The notes under the pieces are model-generated. The model saw only the letters and a list, made by a program, of their open reading frames with translations. It made no database searches and had not been told where the DNA came from. Shown here piece after piece: positions 60,112 through 64,000 of a stretch of 64,000 nt of DNA (position 1 is its first letter; each line of letters starts with the position of its first letter). The DNA is from Candidatus Poribacteria bacterium (GTDB lineage: Bacteria > Poribacteria > WGA-4E > WGA-3G). Location of the stretch: assembly GCA_964291315.2 (NCBI GenBank), contig OZ219753.1, forward strand, positions 1,408,001 through 1,472,000. The letters run 5' to 3'. A program made the position numbers and the translations under genes.

Positions 60112-61860
60112 TCATATCTTATCCTTTTTTTCAAGATCTTTTGAGGCATTGGTCTGCTTTCCACGCCCCGATTTCGCGTTGTGATGAGGCTGTGATTGGT
60201 CTGTAATAACCGTCTCCTCGCCGAGCATGTCGATGATTTTTACGGCTACGCGGGCATCACGGCGCGGAAGCGTTACCCTATATTGCCCCTCAACAAAATC
60301 GGACTTTCTCTCTGGCACATCACTCTCAACAATTGTGAAATGCTCGCCACTATAGTCTGCGTCAATCAGAACACAATCAATCTGTGCACGAAAGTCACCC
60401 AGCTGTTCGTCAAAGATAGTGCGGTCTAGCTCCATCCGTGCCAAGATGCTCGGGCTTAGGTAATCTGACAACGTAATCTTGACGATGAGCCCCACTCTTT
60501 CAAAGCTAACCTCTGCTTCAGCAGGGGCATACGTCGTGATACCTTCGCGTTGAATATCACGAACAATGAGCTTGTTAATCGGACGATGCCGGTTGGCTCT
60601 ATCAAGTTCTGCTTGTATGCCGACTTCACTGCCGTTGCACAAGACTGTGATGTTGCGGGTCTCGTCTGGCGAGTTTCGGAGTTCGTCTTTGATGAGCTGG
60701 ATATCCAAGCGTGTGAGCGGTTTTCCGAGATCAGCGATTTTGACCAGCGTGCCATCGAGGGTGCCGTCAAAGAAGGCGGCTTTCCTGTCGGTTTGCACGC
60801 CGTATTTAGCGATGAGGATCTGTCTGAGTTCGTGCTGGGTCTGAAAATCGTAGTTATTGATGCGGTAGTGTGCGATGCCGCGGGTTTGGTGGCTGCTGTT
60901 TTGTATTCGTTTGAGAGTTGTCTGTATGGCACCTTTATTGAGGTCAGCGGCGATCCAGCGTCTGCCGAGTTTGTCGGCTACAGCGGGGGTTGTGCCGCTG
61001 CCGACAAAGCAGTCGAGAACAATGGAGTCTTCATTCGTTGATGCGTTAAGAATACGGTCAAGCAGGGCCTCAGGCTTTTGCGTAGGGTAGTCTTCTCTTT
61101 CTTTAGACACATTAATGATGGGTTTTATGTCGTCCCACGTGTCTCTGATATATACGTCTGCAAAATAGCGACCTTTTTCATCTACCTGTTCATTAAAGAA
61201 GGGTTTCTCATAAAAGATACGTTCTTGTAAAGTATGGTGTACATATTTGCTTGACTTAGCATAAAATAATAATACATCGTGTTTTCGAGGCCAGGAATTT
61301 TTTCCAACTCCGCCTGTACGATAAGACCATATTATTTCATTTTTAAAATTGTCTTCACCAAAAACTTCATCCAGCAGAAATCTCAAATGATGGGTTTTGC
61401 GCCAGTCACAATGTAGATAGAGACTCCCTTTTTCGCTGAGGAGTTCACGCATCAAGAGGAGTCTTTCATACATAAATTGGAGGTAGTTGTCATTTGCCCA
61501 GATGTCGGTGTATTGTGTCTGCTCAATAACAGTGTGGCCTTCACCTTCTAAGTTCCTCTGATCACCGCGTAATTTTACTTTTCGCACATAATCTGCCCCG
61601 CTAGCAAATGGGGGATCGATATAAATAAGGTCTATCTTCCCACGGAAACCCTGCACAAGAAGTGTGGAGAGGATCTCCTTGTTATCTCCGTGAAAAATCA
61701 GGTTGGGGCCTTCCAAAAATTTATTGTAAGTCGGCTCTCTCTCTGGATTTTCAACGTTATAGGTTTCTATGAGTTGTGCGGGATAGGCGTTGACTGTGTC
61801 GATAGGGCGTTTGCCGACCCAGTGCAGCATCGCTCTCCCTTTAATAGGTGTGATTTTCAT
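60112..61860 (-). CDS. Site-specific DNA methyltransferase (beta-class, Type III Mod-like), copy 1
   Basis: IYIDPPF (motif IV), YLQFM..RL, TQKPE.LL.RI, DCFVGSGTT (motif I), C-terminal AVKIIDMLGEE. Confidence 0.92.
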   Translation of the reverse strand: MKITPIKGRAMLHWVGKRPIDTVNAYPAQLIETYNVENPEREPTYNKFLEGPNLIFHGDNKEILSTLLVQGFRGKIDLIYIDPPFASGADYVRKVKLRGDQRNLEGEGHTVIEQTQYTDIWANDNYLQFMYERLLLMRELLSEKGSLYLHCDWRKTHHLRFLLDEVFGEDNFKNEIIWSYRTGGVGKNSWPRKHDVLLFYAKSSKYVHHTLQERIFYEKPFFNEQVDEKGRYFADVYIRDTWDDIKPIINVSKEREDYPTQKPEALLDRILNASTNEDSIVLDCFVGSGTTPAVADKLGRRWIAADLNKGAIQTTLKRIQNSSHQTRGIAHYRINNYDFQTQHELRQILIAKYGVQTDRKAAFFDGTLDGTLVKIADLGKPLTRLDIQLIKDELRNSPDETRNITVLCNGSEVGIQAELDRANRHRPINKLIVRDIQREGITTYAPAEAEVSFERVGLIVKITLSDYLSPSILARMELDRTIFDEQLGDFRAQIDCVLIDADYSGEHFTIVESDVPERKSDFVEGQYRVTLPRRDARVAVKIIDMLGEETVITDQSQPHHNAKSGRGKQTNASKDLEKKDKI

Positions 61861-61918
61861 AAAGGTTCTCTATAATTTGTGTATTCACTTCGGAGGTTTC
61901 CAAATACCCACCGCTGTT

Positions 61919-62140
61919 TTAAGTGCTGACTTCAGCGAGTTGTTCTACCAATTCGCTCGGGTGAATTGATAGATACTCTCTGACCTCCAAATTCATCCTG
62001 TCAATTTCGGCAAGAAAACCACCGACGGACAGGCGATAATTTCGCGGATTGGTTTCGACCTCTCGGAGTTTTTCGATCTGCCTTTGAAAGTGTCTAATGC
62101 GTGCTAACGTTGCCTCAAGTTCTTGAGTGTTCCGAATCAT
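61919..62140 (-). CDS. Small helical protein, probable partner of the upstream nucleotidyltransferase
   Basis: 73 aa, GAGG RBS, overlaps the upstream gene by 26 bp; MIRN..EL..T..RI...EID....EVREYL. Confidence 0.7.
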   Translation of the reverse strand: MIRNTQELEATLARIRHFQRQIEKLREVETNPRNYRLSVGGFLAEIDRMNLEVREYLSIHPSELVEQLAEVST

Positions 62141-62579
62141 TATGAATCACCTCAACTATGCCGCGTCTTGTGTTGTCGCGTCTCATCTGCCAATACTCAA
62201 CCGTTTCTTGTTCACTGCTGAACGCTGCCAGCTTGCGAATCCAGAAAACACTTGCCCCTAAAACATCTTGGGCATCTTGATGGTCGAAAATGAGGGCAGC
62301 TTCACCATGTACCTGATCTGCATCAAACGAATCCTCCATTAGTAGAAAGATATCTATATCACCAGGAGTAGGCTTAGCTGTCACGAAAGAGCCGAATACG
62401 ATAAACCTTGCTACTTTTCCGGTACTGTTTACTAACATGTAAATACGTTCCAATCGTCGTCCAAGGAGGATTCTTTGCACACTTTTGGTACCAAAATGCT
62501 GCAAAATTTCAGTCAACGTCGCTTGATAAATCCCTATTGGGAGATCGCCTTTGTTGTCAAATTCAGGCCATTTTTTCAT
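62115..62579 (-). CDS. Pol-beta-fold minimal nucleotidyltransferase (DUF6932-like)
   Basis: P.FD..G.LP.GI..AT, FGSFVTAK..PGDID (GS..DxD), RGIV. Confidence 0.8.
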   Translation of the reverse strand: MKKWPEFDNKGDLPIGIYQATLTEILQHFGTKSVQRILLGRRLERIYMLVNSTGKVARFIVFGSFVTAKPTPGDIDIFLLMEDSFDADQVHGEAALIFDHQDAQDVLGASVFWIRKLAAFSSEQETVEYWQMRRDNTRRGIVEVIHNDSEHSRT

Positions 62580-62717
62580 GTGGATTCGAGTTTAGTTTAC
62601 CGTTACGTTAGTGTCCTAACAATATTTTCTTATAAACTATACCACATCTACCCAGCAAAAACCAATTTCGATAACTGACTTTCCACACCCCGGTTTCGCG
62701 TTGCGATGAAGCGGTCA

Positions 62718-64000
62718 TTAGTCTGTAACAACCGTTTCCTCGCCGAGCATGTCGATGATTTTTACGGCTACGCGGGCATCAGGACGCGGAAGCGTTACCC
62801 TATATTGCCCCTCAACAAAATCAGACTTTCTCTCCGGCACATCACTCTCAACAATTGTGAAATGCTCGCCACTGTAGTCTGTGTCAATCAGAACGCAATC
62901 AATCTGTGCCCGAAAGTCGCCCAGCTGTTCGTCAAAGACAGTGCGGTCTAGCTCCATCCGTGCCAAGATGCTCGGACTTAGATAATCTGAAAGCGTAATC
63001 TTGACGATGAGCCCCACTCTTTCAAAGCTAACCTCTGCTTCAGCGGGGGCATACGTCGTGATACCTTCGCGTTGAATATCACGAACAATGAGCTTGTTAA
63101 TCGGACGATGCCGGTTGGCTCTATCAAGTTCTGCTTGTATGCCGACTTCACTGCCGTTGCACAAGACTGTGATGTTGCGGGTCTCGTCTGGCGAGTTTCG
63201 GAGTTCATCTTTGATGAGCTGGATATCCAAGCGTGTGAGCGGTTTTCCGAGATCAGCGATTTTGACGAGCGTGCCATCCAGGGTGCCATCAAAGAAGGCG
63301 GCTTTGCGGTCGGTTTGCACGCCGTATTTAGCGATGAGGATCTGTTTAAGTTCGTGCTGGGTCTGAAAATTGTAGTTATTGATGCGGTAGTGTGCGATGC
63401 CGCGGGTTTGGTGGCTGCTGTTTTGTATGCGCTTGAGAGTTGTCTGTATGGCGCCTTTATTGAGGTCAGCGGCGATCCAGCGTCTGCCGAGTTTGTCGGC
63501 TACAGCGGGGGTTGTGCCGCTGCCGACAAAGCAGTCGAGAACAATGGAATCTTGGTTACTCGATGCTTTGAGGATACGGAAAAGAAGGTTTTCGTTTTTC
63601 TGAGTGTCAAATCCAGTTTTTTCTGAACTGAAACTCATAATTTGAATAGAGTCCATTCGGTCTATATCACTGCAATTCCAGGTATCTTCTATCGGATATC
63701 CCGCACCCTTGGGTCTACTGCCATCTCGTCGAACATAATCATCTGCATAAGGGATATACTCCTTGTTGAAAATAAAGTTGTCCTTATTTTTTGTATAAAA
63801 GTAAATGGTATCATGGTTCCTAATCCAATTTTTGGCTTTTGTCTTATAACCTGAGATCCATCCGATACGCCAGATGATTTCGCGTTGAAAATTATCTGAG
63901 CCAAACACCTCATCAAGAGCAAGACGGAGGTGGTGACTTTTATGCCAGTCACAATGCAGATAGAGACTCCCTTTTTCGCTGAGGAGTTCACGCATCAAGA
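62718..64000 (-). CDS. Site-specific DNA methyltransferase copy 2 (5' end beyond the window)
   Basis: Near-identical to copy 1 outside the central segment; DCFVGSGTT; stops TAA after ETVVTD. Confidence 0.9.
   Translation of the reverse strand, partial: LMRELLSEKGSLYLHCDWHKSHHLRLALDEVFGSDNFQREIIWRIGWISGYKTKAKNWIRNHDTIYFYTKNKDNFIFNKEYIPYADDYVRRDGSRPKGAGYPIEDTWNCSDIDRMDSIQIMSFSSEKTGFDTQKNENLLFRILKASSNQDSIVLDCFVGSGTTPAVADKLGRRWIAADLNKGAIQTTLKRIQNSSHQTRGIAHYRINNYNFQTQHELKQILIAKYGVQTDRKAAFFDGTLDGTLVKIADLGKPLTRLDIQLIKDELRNSPDETRNITVLCNGSEVGIQAELDRANRHRPINKLIVRDIQREGITTYAPAEAEVSFERVGLIVKITLSDYLSPSILARMELDRTVFDEQLGDFRAQIDCVLIDTDYSGEHFTIVESDVPERKSDFVEGQYRVTLPRPDARVAVKIIDMLGEETVVTD

Larger units (their letters stand above)
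60157..63552. repeat. About 875-bp direct repeat (60157-61030 vs 62679-63552, offset 2522 bp); second shared block 61401-61457 vs 63944-64000
   Basis: Aligned by eye; mostly isolated single-base differences. Confidence 0.92.

Noticed and set aside
578-63991. Numerous short ORFs antisense to or overlapping the long genes in the ORF track
   Set aside because: They are shadows of well-supported CDSs, with no motifs or independent RBS evidence.
60112-64000. Invertase-driven shufflon or SSR phase-variable mod
   Set aside because: The repeats are direct rather than inverted, no recombinase is in the window, and no simple-sequence tract is seen in the visible mod sequence.

Overview
Bacterial chromosomal window. 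The gene content (FGE/CLec-domain and lamin-tail secreted proteins, a LamG remnant, C-terminal 'TWG.(L/M)K' tails, a Uma2 protein with a coiled-coil repeat tail, many Gfo/Idh/MocA and TIM-barrel sugar enzymes, a sulfatase) suggests Candidatus Poribacteria or a relative; this is an inference, not a database result. Housekeeping and metabolic genes include larA-like, sat, nth-like, infA, cinA-like, cysteine synthase, modABC, coaE, a DtxR-regulated Mn/Fe ABC operon and uxuA-like. The main accessory features are: (i) two adjacent modular secreted proteins carrying four non-catalytic FGE/C-type-lectin-fold domains, with near-identical DNA frameworks, hypervariable loops and NNC/NNT-biased tips resembling DGR variable regions; (ii) two tandem Type III-like DNA methyltransferases almost identical except for a swapped, AT-rich target-recognition segment, separated by a nucleotidyltransferase/small-protein pair; (iii) a structured, possibly bistable leader RNA upstream of coaE; (iv) an IF-1 with a 48-aa basic extension and an apparent fossil start site; (v) a methyltransferase-AlkB gene pair. 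No rRNA, tRNA, CRISPR array, transposase, integrase or reverse transcriptase was recognised. All alignments and folds were done by eye.
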